Shown: positions 8,778-17,728, counted from the first letter of the stretch. The stretch: 64,000 bases of DNA from a virus (IMGVR_UViG_3300037171_000150:1612-65611), one strand, 5' to 3'. Notes: generated by a model not told the origin, from the letters alone. Translations and numbers: made by a program.

Positions 8778-9587
8778 CTAGATGACTGTCAAAAGTTTAT
8801 GGTTGAGATCAACTCCAGGGAACGGGTTGGCCGTGTACACGCCGTCAATCAGCCCGTTGAACACATCCAATCCTTTGCTGAATATTCCGTGCGTGACGTA
8901 GAGGTAAATCTTTCCATTAGTCAGAGGACGGAGAACCTTTGCCAGTTCAATGAAAGTTCGACCACCATCGCAGATGTCGTCGGCAATCAGAAAGTCGCGG
9001 TCGCCAATATGTTCGGAGTAGACCACGGTTCCAGTAATCTCTCCCGTATCCGCGCTCCGGATCTTATCTGCTCTAACCATTGGCAGACCAAGTTCCTTTG
9101 CCGCTTCCAAAGTCTTCTTCATAGCCCCAGCGTCGGGGGCGACAAGCACCGTGTTGGTCCACGGTATTCGACGATAGAAGTGATGCTGCTTTTTGTTGTG
9201 GACGCGATCTAACAGCGCCAAAGAAACGTCGCTGTGAACATCCCAGACAATCACAATGGAAAATCCAAGACTATTGACGATGTCGCACATTACCTTGAGC
9301 GCCAACGACTCGCCAGGGAAGCACACGCGGTCCTGCCGGGCATATGGCAGATAGGGACACTCCAAGGAGATAACTCCGAAATCGCCAATCATCCTGCGCA
9401 GCGCGTCTGTGAGGAGCATCAGTTCGACCACATGGCTCGGCTCTGTCATGCTGGCCCGTATGGTGAACACTGGAGTCGTCTCTTCTTCGGTCACCTCAAG
9501 ATTAATGCGCGGCTGAAGTTCCCCTCCAGAAAACTTGACCATCTGGTATGGATGCCTGTTTCCGTAGCTGTCAAAAATTTCAAACAT
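8778..9587 (-). CDS. Ribose-phosphate pyrophosphokinase-family enzyme (Adps-like, NARP1)
   Basis: FSGGE, PYARQDR, DVHS, APDAGA, DDICDGGRTF, THGIFS motifs; 3-bp gap to the NAMPT-like gene. Confidence 0.93.
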   Translation of the reverse strand: MFEIFDSYGNRHPYQMVKFSGGELQPRINLEVTEEETTPVFTIRASMTEPSHVVELMLLTDALRRMIGDFGVISLECPYLPYARQDRVCFPGESLALKVMCDIVNSLGFSIVIVWDVHSDVSLALLDRVHNKKQHHFYRRIPWTNTVLVAPDAGAMKKTLEAAKELGLPMVRADKIRSADTGEITGTVVYSEHIGDRDFLIADDICDGGRTFIELAKVLRPLTNGKIYLYVTHGIFSKGLDVFNGLIDGVYTANPFPGVDLNHKLLTVI

Positions 9588-9601
9588 AGTGACCCTTTCT
9601 G

Positions 9602-10105
9602 CTAGTATTCCAATACTACGAGATCTTCGTTTTCCCGCTCACAGTCATCCCGATGCCAGAAACGAAAACTCAATCCGGGGTGCTGAGTTGCGATCTCAAT
9701 ATGAGTATCCTCGACATGGAAGCGGACGGACACTTGTAGTCCTTTGAATGAGTCCCACACCTTACGAATCAGAGTATGAAACGCCTGCGGTTGATGTAGC
9801 CCAACATTGACGGCATTCACTCCCCATTCCGCCAGATCTCCGGCAACCTGCGGCGTCATATGTGTCCCATTCGTGTAGAGAACAATGAACTTTCCGCGCG
9901 CCTTCATACAAACTTCACGCACACGCTCAAGAAATAACAGAGGCTCCCCGCCTGAGATGCAGATCACTTTGTACTGCGAGAAGTCCAGATGGTCCATCGT
10001 TGCCGGACGGATCGATGCGCGGATCTCCGGCAACGTGTCGTTGCAGCAGTACGAGCACTTCAGGTTGCATGTCCATGAGACGAGAATGCGGAGAGTGTCC
10101 TTCAC
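9602..10105 (-). CDS. Short radical SAM protein
   Basis: CNLKCSYC (CxxxCxxC), GGEP, YTNG; GTG start at 10105. Confidence 0.88.
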   Translation of the reverse strand: MKDTLRILVSWTCNLKCSYCCNDTLPEIRASIRPATMDHLDFSQYKVICISGGEPLLFLERVREVCMKARGKFIVLYTNGTHMTPQVAGDLAEWGVNAVNVGLHQPQAFHTLIRKVWDSFKGLQVSVRFHVEDTHIEIATQHPGLSFRFWHRDDCERENEDLVVLEY

Positions 10106-10107
10106 TT

Positions 10108-10233
10108 TTACCTTTCCAGTTGAATCACAATCCCAAAGCAGGGAACAGGCAGGATGTACACCCGGCGCTTCACGCGGTCGATGTACACCCCCACCCACAA
10201 ATCGCAAGGCTCGAAGATGAAGTAGAACTTCAT
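10108..10233 (-). CDS. Small hydrophobic phage protein (41 aa)
   Basis: Hand translation MKFYFIFEPCDLWVGVYIDRVKRRVYILPVPCFGIVIQLER; exactly fills the gap, ATG overlaps the KTSC stop. Confidence 0.6.
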   Translation of the reverse strand: MKFYFIFEPCDLWVGVYIDRVKRRVYILPVPCFGIVIQLER

Positions 10234-10451
10234 CCGACCTTCGTGAAAGTATGCTGGCCTTTGATGTCGGAGTGAAGGAATTCCCCGTGGCTGTCGGCGT
10301 CGGCGAATGCCTGGGCTTTGTCTGCGGAAACTTGATCGTAGACATAAGTTCCGCCGTGGTGAAAGCGAACGGTCAGCTTCTGTGAATCCGCATCGTAAGC
10401 TGCCGAATGGATGTTCTTGGATTGCTTGAGATTGAGAACCTGCTCTGCCAT
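10230..10451 (-). CDS. KTSC domain protein
   Basis: 'SKNIHSAAYD...LTVRFHHGGTYVYDQV...ADSHGEFLHSDIKG'. Confidence 0.9.
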   Translation of the reverse strand: MAEQVLNLKQSKNIHSAAYDADSQKLTVRFHHGGTYVYDQVSADKAQAFADADSHGEFLHSDIKGQHTFTKVG

Positions 10452-10452
10452 G

Positions 10453-10671
10453 TTACACCTCCGCCTTTCCGGTTATGACGACTCGCGCCGCCTGGGGCTT
10501 ACCTTTTGGACCTGTTTCAAGGTCGAACTCGACAATATCTCCCTTGTCGAGCTTCTTGTAGCCGTCCTGAATCAATTCTGAGTAATGGCAAAAGATGTCG
10601 GGACCGCCTGCGCTGTTCGACAAAAATCCGTATCCCTTGACTGAGTTGAAGTGGATTACTGTTCCTGTCAT
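10453..10671 (-). CDS. Cold-shock domain protein
   Basis: RNP1 KGYGFL and RNP2-like DIFCHYS; QDGYKKL; GPKGKPQA. Confidence 0.93.
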   Translation of the reverse strand: MTGTVIHFNSVKGYGFLSNSAGGPDIFCHYSELIQDGYKKLDKGDIVEFDLETGPKGKPQAARVVITGKAEV

Positions 10672-10958
10672 GTCGTGCTGTTCCTTTTGTGAACAAAGTC
10701 GGCGAACCGCAAGAGCATGGCCGCTTCCTGGTCTAGCTTTGCTGCGATCCGCTCTTCGATCTTGTGGCTCTTTTCTTCCTCTTCCCTGCTCTGTAGCGGA
10801 AACTTTCGGCCCATCATTTGCTGTGCCAGTTGATGAGCCGCTTTGCGTTCTGCGTCGGAAGCAGGTGTCCGCGCGTAACCCTTGCGAGATTCGGCCCACT
10901 TTGTCTTCTCGTGCGCTTCCTTGCGGAGCCATTGCTCCAGTTCGATAGCCGTGTCCAT
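10668..10958 (-). CDS. Hypothetical helical protein
   Basis: GAGG RBS; coupled to the cold-shock gene. Confidence 0.6.
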   Translation of the reverse strand: MDTAIELEQWLRKEAHEKTKWAESRKGYARTPASDAERKAAHQLAQQMMGRKFPLQSREEEEKSHKIEERIAAKLDQEAAMLLRFADFVHKRNSTT

Positions 10959-10971
10959 GCGAACCTCTTCC

Positions 10972-11691
10972 CTACTTTTGGTTAACCAAAGGAACGCAAC
11001 TCTCAAGAACCTTCCGTACTTTGACTAGATCGAGATGCTCTTCTTCATCCCGAACCCTGCCCTCCATGTCGATCCAATATGGGGTTTCCAGAAGTCCAGG
11101 ACCGAGCCGAAGACGATTAAGGGTGTTGACCTGTTCAACCACATTTGCAGGTCCGAGGCCACCCGCATAACCATACTTTCGGTTATCGCACACCATCGGC
11201 CACTGATCGGGGAGAGTCCCGGCGCCGTGAGAGCAATCAAACAGCCCAGCGACGCTCAATTTACAATACGATGCGGCATCGAAGATGTGATCATTCACTT
11301 GGTCGAGTTGAAAGATGAATTGTTTATGCCGGTGCCGCGCAATCCAGTCAATCGCGGCGCATGTCGAAATGTGCTCCTGGGCGTGTGTGTTGATCTGTAC
11401 TCGCCCGGCCACTGCCCATATATCTGGTGGAAGAATATTCCACTCCAACTTCCCACGAAGCAAGTCCCGCACCCATTGGCCGCATACGTGCATTGACACT
11501 GATACTTCTTTGTTCTCTACTTTTTCAGCGAAGGATGCCATCCACACCCTTGACGGAAACCGCGACGAACCTTCCGAACGAAGAGAAACAAGTATCCCCC
11601 ATTCGACAAATGGAAACTCAGCCGTCAGATCAACCAGCGCCTCAATTGGCGTGGCGTCATCGGCTCCGGTGATCGTTACTTTCTCCAGCAT
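10972..11691 (-). CDS. TrpF/PRAI-like TIM-barrel protein (phage type)
   Basis: 'LFDCSHGAG', 'GYAGGLGPANV', 'WIDMEGRV' resemble the PRAI phosphate-binding barrel end; N-terminal 'TITGAD...VEWGIL'. Confidence 0.7.
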   Translation of the reverse strand: MLEKVTITGADDATPIEALVDLTAEFPFVEWGILVSLRSEGSSRFPSRVWMASFAEKVENKEVSVSMHVCGQWVRDLLRGKLEWNILPPDIWAVAGRVQINTHAQEHISTCAAIDWIARHRHKQFIFQLDQVNDHIFDAASYCKLSVAGLFDCSHGAGTLPDQWPMVCDNRKYGYAGGLGPANVVEQVNTLNRLRLGPGLLETPYWIDMEGRVRDEEEHLDLVKVRKVLESCVPLVNQK

Positions 11692-11738
11692 CTTCTCCTA
11701 CTTTCCGGCCCCAACAGAGCCAAGTGTAATTTCCTTCC

Positions 11739-13187
11739 CTACTTCTTCTTCCTGCGCACCGAAAGAGAACCGACCTCCTTAACGCTGAGGCCAGGAACAT
11801 TAAACGAAGCGCCGAGAGCTCCAGCCAACTTGTTCGCGGCTGAAAGATCCCACTTGAGCAATGCCGCCGCCTGCTGCATATCGTACTTCCCGGCGATCAC
11901 GGCGCGCATGAGAGCCACGATCGAAGCGGTATACGCTTGATCGTCTTCGATCAAATCCTCGTCCACTTTCCACTTGGTCGACGTGCTCTGCCCTTCGATC
12001 TTGGGCGCAGCCGGCGGAACATAGACTGGAGCCACATACGGGCGCGGCACCTCGATGACCGGCGCATCGAAGAGGGTCTCGGCGCGCTGCTCGTCGCCTT
12101 CGTCGAGCGCATCTTGCACATCGAGGAGTTTGAGCCGGGCCGCCTCCGCCTCCTGCAGACGGCGCGCCTCGGCATCACGGCGCTCGTTGTCCTCGCGAAT
12201 CTTCTGCTGCCGGATGCGCTCCTGGGCCTGATCCCATCCGAGGATCTGCGCCTTGACGTGCTTGATGCCAGCCTCCAGCGGCTCCAGACCGGCCTTAACC
12301 TTGCCGCCGGTCTCCATGTAGACCTCGTAGAGAACCTTGCGGAGCGGGTCCAGAGCGGCCTTGGTGGTGTCGGCCTTGCTCACCAGCCGGTTGAGTGTCT
12401 CGCTGGCCTCCACGCGCTTCTCGGCGGTGTCGATGCGCACGGTCAGCGCCTGCTGGCCCGTCTCGACGTTCTGGGCAATGATCGCCTTGATCTCACCTTC
12501 GCGCTCGGAGAGCAGGTCCAGCGCCTCTGCCGCGGACTCAGGCGCGCGCCATGCGGCAAGGACTTCACCGACGGGCTGGCGAACGATGGCGGTCTGCCCA
12601 ACGTCGATTCCTCCGTCAAGAGGCGTGAATGAGCCGTCTGGGTGCTGGCTGTAGACATCAACCCTGTCCACTTGTGGGTCCGGAAACTTCTCCGGGTCGC
12701 CGGGCTGCTTGGACCAGACCACCTCTTGCGGCTCACAGCCAATGCTCCGCGCATACTCGGCCTGCAACTTCTCGAAGGTGATATTGCCAGCGTCTGACGG
12801 CGGGTAGACTCCAGTTTCAATCTTCGGTTGCGGGTCGATGCTGTGACCGTTCCAGCCAAACTCACACAGTTTGATGTCTTCGTCCATCACGCTCAGAGAC
12901 TCGACAGGCTTCGCCTTCGGCGGCTCCGGCATTTGGCTGGGGTCGGCGCCGAGAACTTCGTACTCCCAGGCCGGGTTACCTTTGATCTGCGAATTAAAGA
13001 ATTTCCCGAGAGACTCAGAAGTTAACGCGCTGTCGGCTACTTCCGGCGCAACGTTTTTGTAGGCTCTGATTTCCTTTGTTGAGAGGAACTCGAAGAGCAG
13101 CTCCCATGTTGACTCGCTGTAACCGGCCCGGCTGAACATGCTAGACTTTACCGGCTTCAAGCACTCGTAGATTTTGGTATCAGGCAT
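11739..13187 (-). CDS. KTSC-like N-terminal domain fused to a coiled-coil recombination-module protein
   Basis: N-term 'VKSSMFSRAGY...AYKNV...SESLGKFFNSQIK'; C-term coiled coil ending 'PKIEG...VPGL'; next to the exonuclease. Confidence 0.7.
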   Translation of the reverse strand: MPDTKIYECLKPVKSSMFSRAGYSESTWELLFEFLSTKEIRAYKNVAPEVADSALTSESLGKFFNSQIKGNPAWEYEVLGADPSQMPEPPKAKPVESLSVMDEDIKLCEFGWNGHSIDPQPKIETGVYPPSDAGNITFEKLQAEYARSIGCEPQEVVWSKQPGDPEKFPDPQVDRVDVYSQHPDGSFTPLDGGIDVGQTAIVRQPVGEVLAAWRAPESAAEALDLLSEREGEIKAIIAQNVETGQQALTVRIDTAEKRVEASETLNRLVSKADTTKAALDPLRKVLYEVYMETGGKVKAGLEPLEAGIKHVKAQILGWDQAQERIRQQKIREDNERRDAEARRLQEAEAARLKLLDVQDALDEGDEQRAETLFDAPVIEVPRPYVAPVYVPPAAPKIEGQSTSTKWKVDEDLIEDDQAYTASIVALMRAVIAGKYDMQQAAALLKWDLSAANKLAGALGASFNVPGLSVKEVGSLSVRRKKK

Positions 13188-13359
13188 CTGGTTTCCTTTC
13201 CTTGTTGAATCGTCGTTGTTCTGCAATTGCATCCTGTTGGCCGAACGTCTTACTTCCATCGCGAGGATGATACCAGCGCTCTTTGATATACATCCCGTGT
13301 TTCTTGCGCGACCAAAGACGCCAACCGTAACTCTCTAGATATTTCCGGTTTGCGCTCAT
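13180..13359 (-). CDS. Small basic hypothetical protein
   Basis: MSANRKYLESYGW...; overlaps both neighbours. Confidence 0.55.
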   Translation of the reverse strand: MSANRKYLESYGWRLWSRKKHGMYIKERWYHPRDGSKTFGQQDAIAEQRRFNKERKPDA

Positions 13360-14018
13360 CCCGCCAACTCCAATTTCTTGCGAAGATCTTGACCGGCTTC
13401 CATGCGCCAGTAAACATTCCGCAGCGCCGCAATCCCGTTCGCGCTGTCCGACTCGTGATTCGTGTGCTCCGCGCCCAGGTTGTACTTCCCCGTCTTCATC
13501 AGCATCAGCGCAAATCGACGCACGCGACCACAGTGATTCGAGCTGAAAATTCCCATTTCCTGTAAGGCCGTCTGAATCGACCAACTCGGTTGCCGACTCG
13601 CTGTGCATTTCAATTCGACCAGCCACTTCTCGCGCTTCATCGTTCCGTAACAGTCCGGCGTTATACCCAGGGCCATGCCGTGTATCTTGGTAATCATGCT
13701 GCGCTCAGTCCATTCCGGGTCCGGCTTGAAGCCAGTGTCGGAGAGAAAATACATATAAGCCTCAAAATAAGGCATTGTCTCCTCTGTGATCCAGTTTTCG
13801 TCCACCTCTCCATACTCATTGTAGGCCGCCGCCAGAGAATGAACCTCGGTTCCGCGTCTTGCTGCGTTCTCTAACACGTCGGGGTCAATGCCGCTATAGT
13901 CGGACAAGCCTTGGAGCTTGAGAATTTGAGTCAGCGAAGGTACGAACTTACCCTGCTCATCCAGATATTGATGAGGATCGTCACTGAAGGTGCCGCCGGG
14001 AATTTGGAGAATTGCCAT
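13356..14018 (-). CDS. PD-(D/E)XK exonuclease (Cas4/RecB-like phage exonuclease)
   Basis: PSLTQIL, RGTEVH, GITPD, VELK, QTAL motifs. Confidence 0.8.
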   Translation of the reverse strand: MAILQIPGGTFSDDPHQYLDEQGKFVPSLTQILKLQGLSDYSGIDPDVLENAARRGTEVHSLAAAYNEYGEVDENWITEETMPYFEAYMYFLSDTGFKPDPEWTERSMITKIHGMALGITPDCYGTMKREKWLVELKCTASRQPSWSIQTALQEMGIFSSNHCGRVRRFALMLMKTGKYNLGAEHTNHESDSANGIAALRNVYWRMEAGQDLRKKLELAG

Positions 14019-14380
14019 CAGTTCACCCATGTATGATGCAGTTCGCATTTCCAGTGGTAGCCAAGACGGCAGCGGCATCTCGGGTCAAGGAAAAGATCAA
14101 TAGCGTGCTTCGCCATGTTCTCTTTGTCCCGCATCCAATTCTCCCTGTGTTGCTTCGACGCAAACTTCCACTCACCACTGCAATCAATCTTCGTCGCCGT
14201 GTAGTAATGGTCACCCGTGTTCGTCATGCCGACCCACTGAGCATGAACCGAGAGCGAGGATTGCGCTTCCCTGAAGCCGGTAAAGTGAATGCTTTGCCAC
14301 GAACGCCATCCATTAGTCTTGAAGTACTTGCGGTATTGGGTTGCGCGGAGGGTGTAGTAGAATCGAGGGATGATATTCAT
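14018..14380 (-). CDS. Hypothetical protein
   Basis: ORF coupled to neighbours; C-terminal CxC...C-H cluster. Confidence 0.55.
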   Translation of the reverse strand: MNIIPRFYYTLRATQYRKYFKTNGWRSWQSIHFTGFREAQSSLSVHAQWVGMTNTGDHYYTATKIDCSGEWKFASKQHRENWMRDKENMAKHAIDLFLDPRCRCRLGYHWKCELHHTWVN

Positions 14381-14892
14381 TCGGGAATCTCCACACTATG
14401 CGTCAAATGCCACTTTCCATTCGCCCGCTTGATGTTGCTCGTGATGAACGGAACCATCATGCTCGTCCAATCCGCTAAGCTCACCCACCCGGTTCTGTTG
14501 TCGATGGTCAAGCAGTTGATGTCCCAGATGCCTATGTCATGCCTATTGGCTCCGTTGCATCCAACCCAATGCGTGTGACGGTATCTCGCAGCCATCGGCA
14601 CACCGTCAGCCGTCCATGGACCTTCCCATTGAATCCGGGCAAGGCCATAGTTGGGCCACGCCACGCCGCCAGGAGTTCCTGTGCTCATTCGATAATTCAC
14701 ACCCAGGTTGCGCAGTATCTCCCACATCAACGTCGGGTTCGTGTACCGCTTTAACTCGAAGTCGCCCAGGTGGGGACGAATTTCGTCGAATGCTAGGCCA
14801 CAGATCGCCATGACAGCAGCAGGGCCACAATTGAAACCCCATGTCTCGTTGGCTAGCTCCGCGCCTTCGACGCTGAATTTTAGACGTCTCAT
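14377..14892 (-). CDS. Putative papain-fold (C39-like) peptidase
   Basis: NCGPAA ... HW ... WD, possible Cys-His-Asp triad. Confidence 0.55.
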   Translation of the reverse strand: MRRLKFSVEGAELANETWGFNCGPAAVMAICGLAFDEIRPHLGDFELKRYTNPTLMWEILRNLGVNYRMSTGTPGGVAWPNYGLARIQWEGPWTADGVPMAARYRHTHWVGCNGANRHDIGIWDINCLTIDNRTGWVSLADWTSMMVPFITSNIKRANGKWHLTHSVEIPE

Positions 14893-15068
14893 GCGCTCAC
14901 CTCGACAAACTCCACCGCCTTATACTTGCAGCGGGAAATCCCCTGCCAGCCGTTCATCTTGTCCGCGGCGGCCGTCGCCTTGTCATGGTCCTTGTAGAGA
15001 TGGTACGGCGTGTAAAGTCCATAAGTCTTGCCGCCGTCGCGAGATTGCTTGATTAGCCAGATGGTCAT
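14889..15068 (-). CDS. Small hypothetical protein (59 aa)
   Basis: Hand translation MTIWLIKQSRDGGKTYGLY...VEVSA; ATGA overlaps on both sides. Confidence 0.6.
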   Translation of the reverse strand: MTIWLIKQSRDGGKTYGLYTPYHLYKDHDKATAAADKMNGWQGISRCKYKAVEFVEVSA

Positions 15069-15559
15069 TGGTATACCGTCTCCATCAGAAGTTCAACCCT
15101 CTCCTGCAATGGTGCTGTTTTGTCGCCTTCATAGAACTCGGCCACGTTATCGCAGAATTTGAGGATGTTTTTCTCGCTCCCATCGCCGGGGTTCCACTCG
15201 CCAAGATAGTCCGGCCCTTGCAGCCGATCCGCTGAATGAAACGAGCATTGCCCGTTGGGAAGATCAACATAGAGAACCCACGGATAGCCCTTTGTATTCG
15301 GGTCCGGCTTCCATCCCCACTTGAAGTTGTACTTCGACGCGAGCATGATGCGGCATATCTCTCCCAGGCTCCAGTTCTTCACATCGTAGGCCGCACCCCG
15401 GTACTGGCGACCACGGTATTTTTTGGCAGCCGTCGAGCGCTTCTGCGCGCGAAATAAAGCCACGGCGAGCTGGCCCAAGAAGCCCTTGCCGTTCATCTCG
15501 GCATAGTAGGCTTTGGTCACGTCGCCATTGTTTTGGTTGAAGATTTGGGAGGCTTTCAT
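15065..15559 (-). CDS. Conserved phage hypothetical protein (LYVDLPNGQCSFH motif)
   Basis: AAAGGA RBS; 'YxDLPxGQxSFH...YxGEW' motif. Confidence 0.7.
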   Translation of the reverse strand: MKASQIFNQNNGDVTKAYYAEMNGKGFLGQLAVALFRAQKRSTAAKKYRGRQYRGAAYDVKNWSLGEICRIMLASKYNFKWGWKPDPNTKGYPWVLYVDLPNGQCSFHSADRLQGPDYLGEWNPGDGSEKNILKFCDNVAEFYEGDKTAPLQERVELLMETVYQ

Positions 15560-15658
15560 TCCGTTCCTTTCCTTTCGCTCCGCCCGGCCAGAATCCTGCT
15601 GCCCCATGAAGGCGAACAGAACTCTGACCCGTGGCGCACTCCACCGTCGCCGGCAAAG

Positions 15659-16135
15659 CTATTCAGTTTTGATGTCGTACCGCTCCAACTCGCGCTCCAG
15701 TTCCTCGCAGCGCAGGCTGTGGTACTGGTACTCGCGCTCCAGGATGGCCTTGAGGTCGTCCACGGCGTTTTCCGCCTTGTCGAGATCAGTGTCGATGCGG
15801 TCGATGTACTGCTTGGCCTCTTCGAGCTGCGCAGCCAGGTTCTCGCCTGCGGGCTGAACTGCTTCGCCGGTCAGTCTGTCGAAGTGGATCTGCGGCTGCA
15901 AGTGCATGTCGGCGTAGTGAACCCCTTTGAACTTCTTTGTCCGCTTTTTCGCGGCCTTCTTCGCTGGCGAGAGGTCGAGGATTCTCGGTCCACGCTTCGC
16001 CGCCTTCTTCGCCGTCGGAGCCTTGGTGGCCGGCTTCCCGGCCTTGACTGCTGCCCAGCGCTTCTTCTGCGCGTCTGCAATGCGCTGCCTGGCCTCGGGG
16101 CTCAGGACGCGCTTCGGTTTTGTCTCGTCTGCCAT
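15659..16135 (-). CDS. Histone-like/basic DNA-binding protein with C-terminal coiled coil
   Basis: 'KRVLSPEARQRIADAQKKRWAA' plus KKAAK repeats. Confidence 0.65.
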   Translation of the reverse strand: MADETKPKRVLSPEARQRIADAQKKRWAAVKAGKPATKAPTAKKAAKRGPRILDLSPAKKAAKKRTKKFKGVHYADMHLQPQIHFDRLTGEAVQPAGENLAAQLEEAKQYIDRIDTDLDKAENAVDDLKAILEREYQYHSLRCEELERELERYDIKTE

Positions 16136-16328
16136 TGTTCGATCCTCTTTTCTTTGGTTTTGGTTGAACTTCAATGCGCAACGGGCTGACTCACGGACCA
16201 TGGTTTGTGGCCAGCCTTCCTACGCTTTCTTCGCAGGACCAGCCTGCTCACGCGCCATGTAGGTGTCACTAGCGTTTCAACTCGAAGTGCGCCCCGATCG
16301 CCGCCGCGTATCTCCCCTTGCGGGAAGG

Positions 16329-16649
16329 TCAAAATAGAATATCGTCGTCGCTTGTTGGCTTCGCCGGAGCAGGTACAACCTCTGCTGACGGCTCTTCGAT
16401 TAACAGAGCCTCATCTTCCGGCAAAGCTTCAATCTCCTCAACAAAGCTCACGTTATTGAAAGACGCAAATCTCTCCAGCCGAGTATCACCCGGGTTGGCG
16501 CGAAAGAGGTCGAGTTGGTTTTCGTTGGCCGCCCAATAATAATGGCAGGCGCGGTAGATGGCTCTCTCGCCGTTGAATTTTCCGATGCGCAGGTATAGAG
16601 GGTGAAGATACGCATTCGACAGGTTTCGTCCTTGAACGTCATTCGCCAT
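16329..16649 (-). CDS. Hypothetical protein with acidic 'DDDILF' tail (SSB-like C-terminus)
   Basis: ATG 16649 with AAGGGA RBS; directly downstream of recT. Confidence 0.55.
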   Translation of the reverse strand: MANDVQGRNLSNAYLHPLYLRIGKFNGERAIYRACHYYWAANENQLDLFRANPGDTRLERFASFNNVSFVEEIEALPEDEALLIEEPSAEVVPAPAKPTSDDDILF

Positions 16650-16753
16650 GAAATCGTCCCTTTCCTTGAACGGTCTGGTTTGCCGGACGCCGCCGGCTGG
16701 CTTACGCCCACGGGCTGACCAAACCCACCCCAGTCTATGCGTGGATTCTCGTC

Positions 16754-17728
16754 TTACTCCCCGCGCTGTTCCTTGTCGCGCCGCTCGATCTCTGCGGCAA
16801 GTTCTTTGTCGATCGCCGTCCAGTCCGCCTTGTGCTCCTGGAAGAACTTCAGACGCTCCTCTTGGTTCCAACCGAGCGCCTCGAATTTGCTTTCGGCTGC
16901 GATGCGCGCCGGCGAGTGCGTGTTAGCCCACTGCCAGGCCTTGCCTTCCGGGAGCCATTCGATAAGCGGAATATCTCGGCTGTCCTTCTTGTTGTGAGGT
17001 TCGCCGATCTGGAGAGTATCGCGAAGGAAGGCACGGGAATCGTCGACTGTCCAGCCAGAAGCGCGGTAGGCTTTGTAGAACGCCGACCCGCCGCTTTGCC
17101 CGATAGTCTCTTCCGCCTTCTCTGCGGCTGGCGCCGGAGCGCTCGATTGCGGCTGCCCTTCGATGGTCTCGCCGGGGTAGTCGCGGACCTCTTCGACGGT
17201 TTTGATGCCCTTGAGTGCGTCGGGGAACTGATCGCGCATAGCGAAGGCCCGCGCGCGCATCTGCATCATGCGGAACGGGGCAGTTGTCCAAGGTCCAGCC
17301 TTTTTCCAGAGTCCGGCGGTCGCGGCGTCGTCCTGCCCGAAAGTTGCTTTCACGTCCGGCTGGCCACGGCGCTTGATGATACAAGTTGCCTTGTTGTTCT
17401 TCTTGATCGTCTCGATGTCGTTCTCTTCGATGGATACGAAGTCTGGATGACCTTTGATGATAGCCAGCGCGCCGTCTCCCCAAAGGGTTGGACGATTGTT
17501 AATCACACAGACAGATTGGAGCGCTTGGATTGGAAGTAGGCCGACCTCCATCCCCATCTGGATTGCGACGATGATTGCGCCTGGCCGACCAGCAAAATCC
17601 TTCGGAACCATCCCGGAGTCGGCAATGAGAGTTGCAAACTCAATGGCCTCTTTGAGAGTCCGAGGCGCGAAGGTTACTGGTTGTTCAAGTTGTGCGGGTG
17701 ATTGAACTGCAAGAGCGTTATCTGCCAT
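16754..17728 (-). CDS. recT: RecT-family ssDNA annealing protein
   Basis: 'SGMVPKDF...AIQMGMEVGL.PIQALQSV.VIN.RPTLWGD...AGLW.K.GPW...RMMQMRARAFAMRDQFPDALKG'. Confidence 0.9.
   Translation of the reverse strand: MADNALAVQSPAQLEQPVTFAPRTLKEAIEFATLIADSGMVPKDFAGRPGAIIVAIQMGMEVGLLPIQALQSVCVINNRPTLWGDGALAIIKGHPDFVSIEENDIETIKKNNKATCIIKRRGQPDVKATFGQDDAATAGLWKKAGPWTTAPFRMMQMRARAFAMRDQFPDALKGIKTVEEVRDYPGETIEGQPQSSAPAPAAEKAEETIGQSGGSAFYKAYRASGWTVDDSRAFLRDTLQIGEPHNKKDSRDIPLIEWLPEGKAWQWANTHSPARIAAESKFEALGWNQEERLKFFQEHKADWTAIDKELAAEIERRDKEQRGE

Noticed and set aside
9602-10932. ORF-track N-terminal extensions of the radical SAM (to 10345) and cold-shock (to 10932) genes
   Set aside because: The extensions overlap other real genes; starts were trimmed to 10105 and 10671
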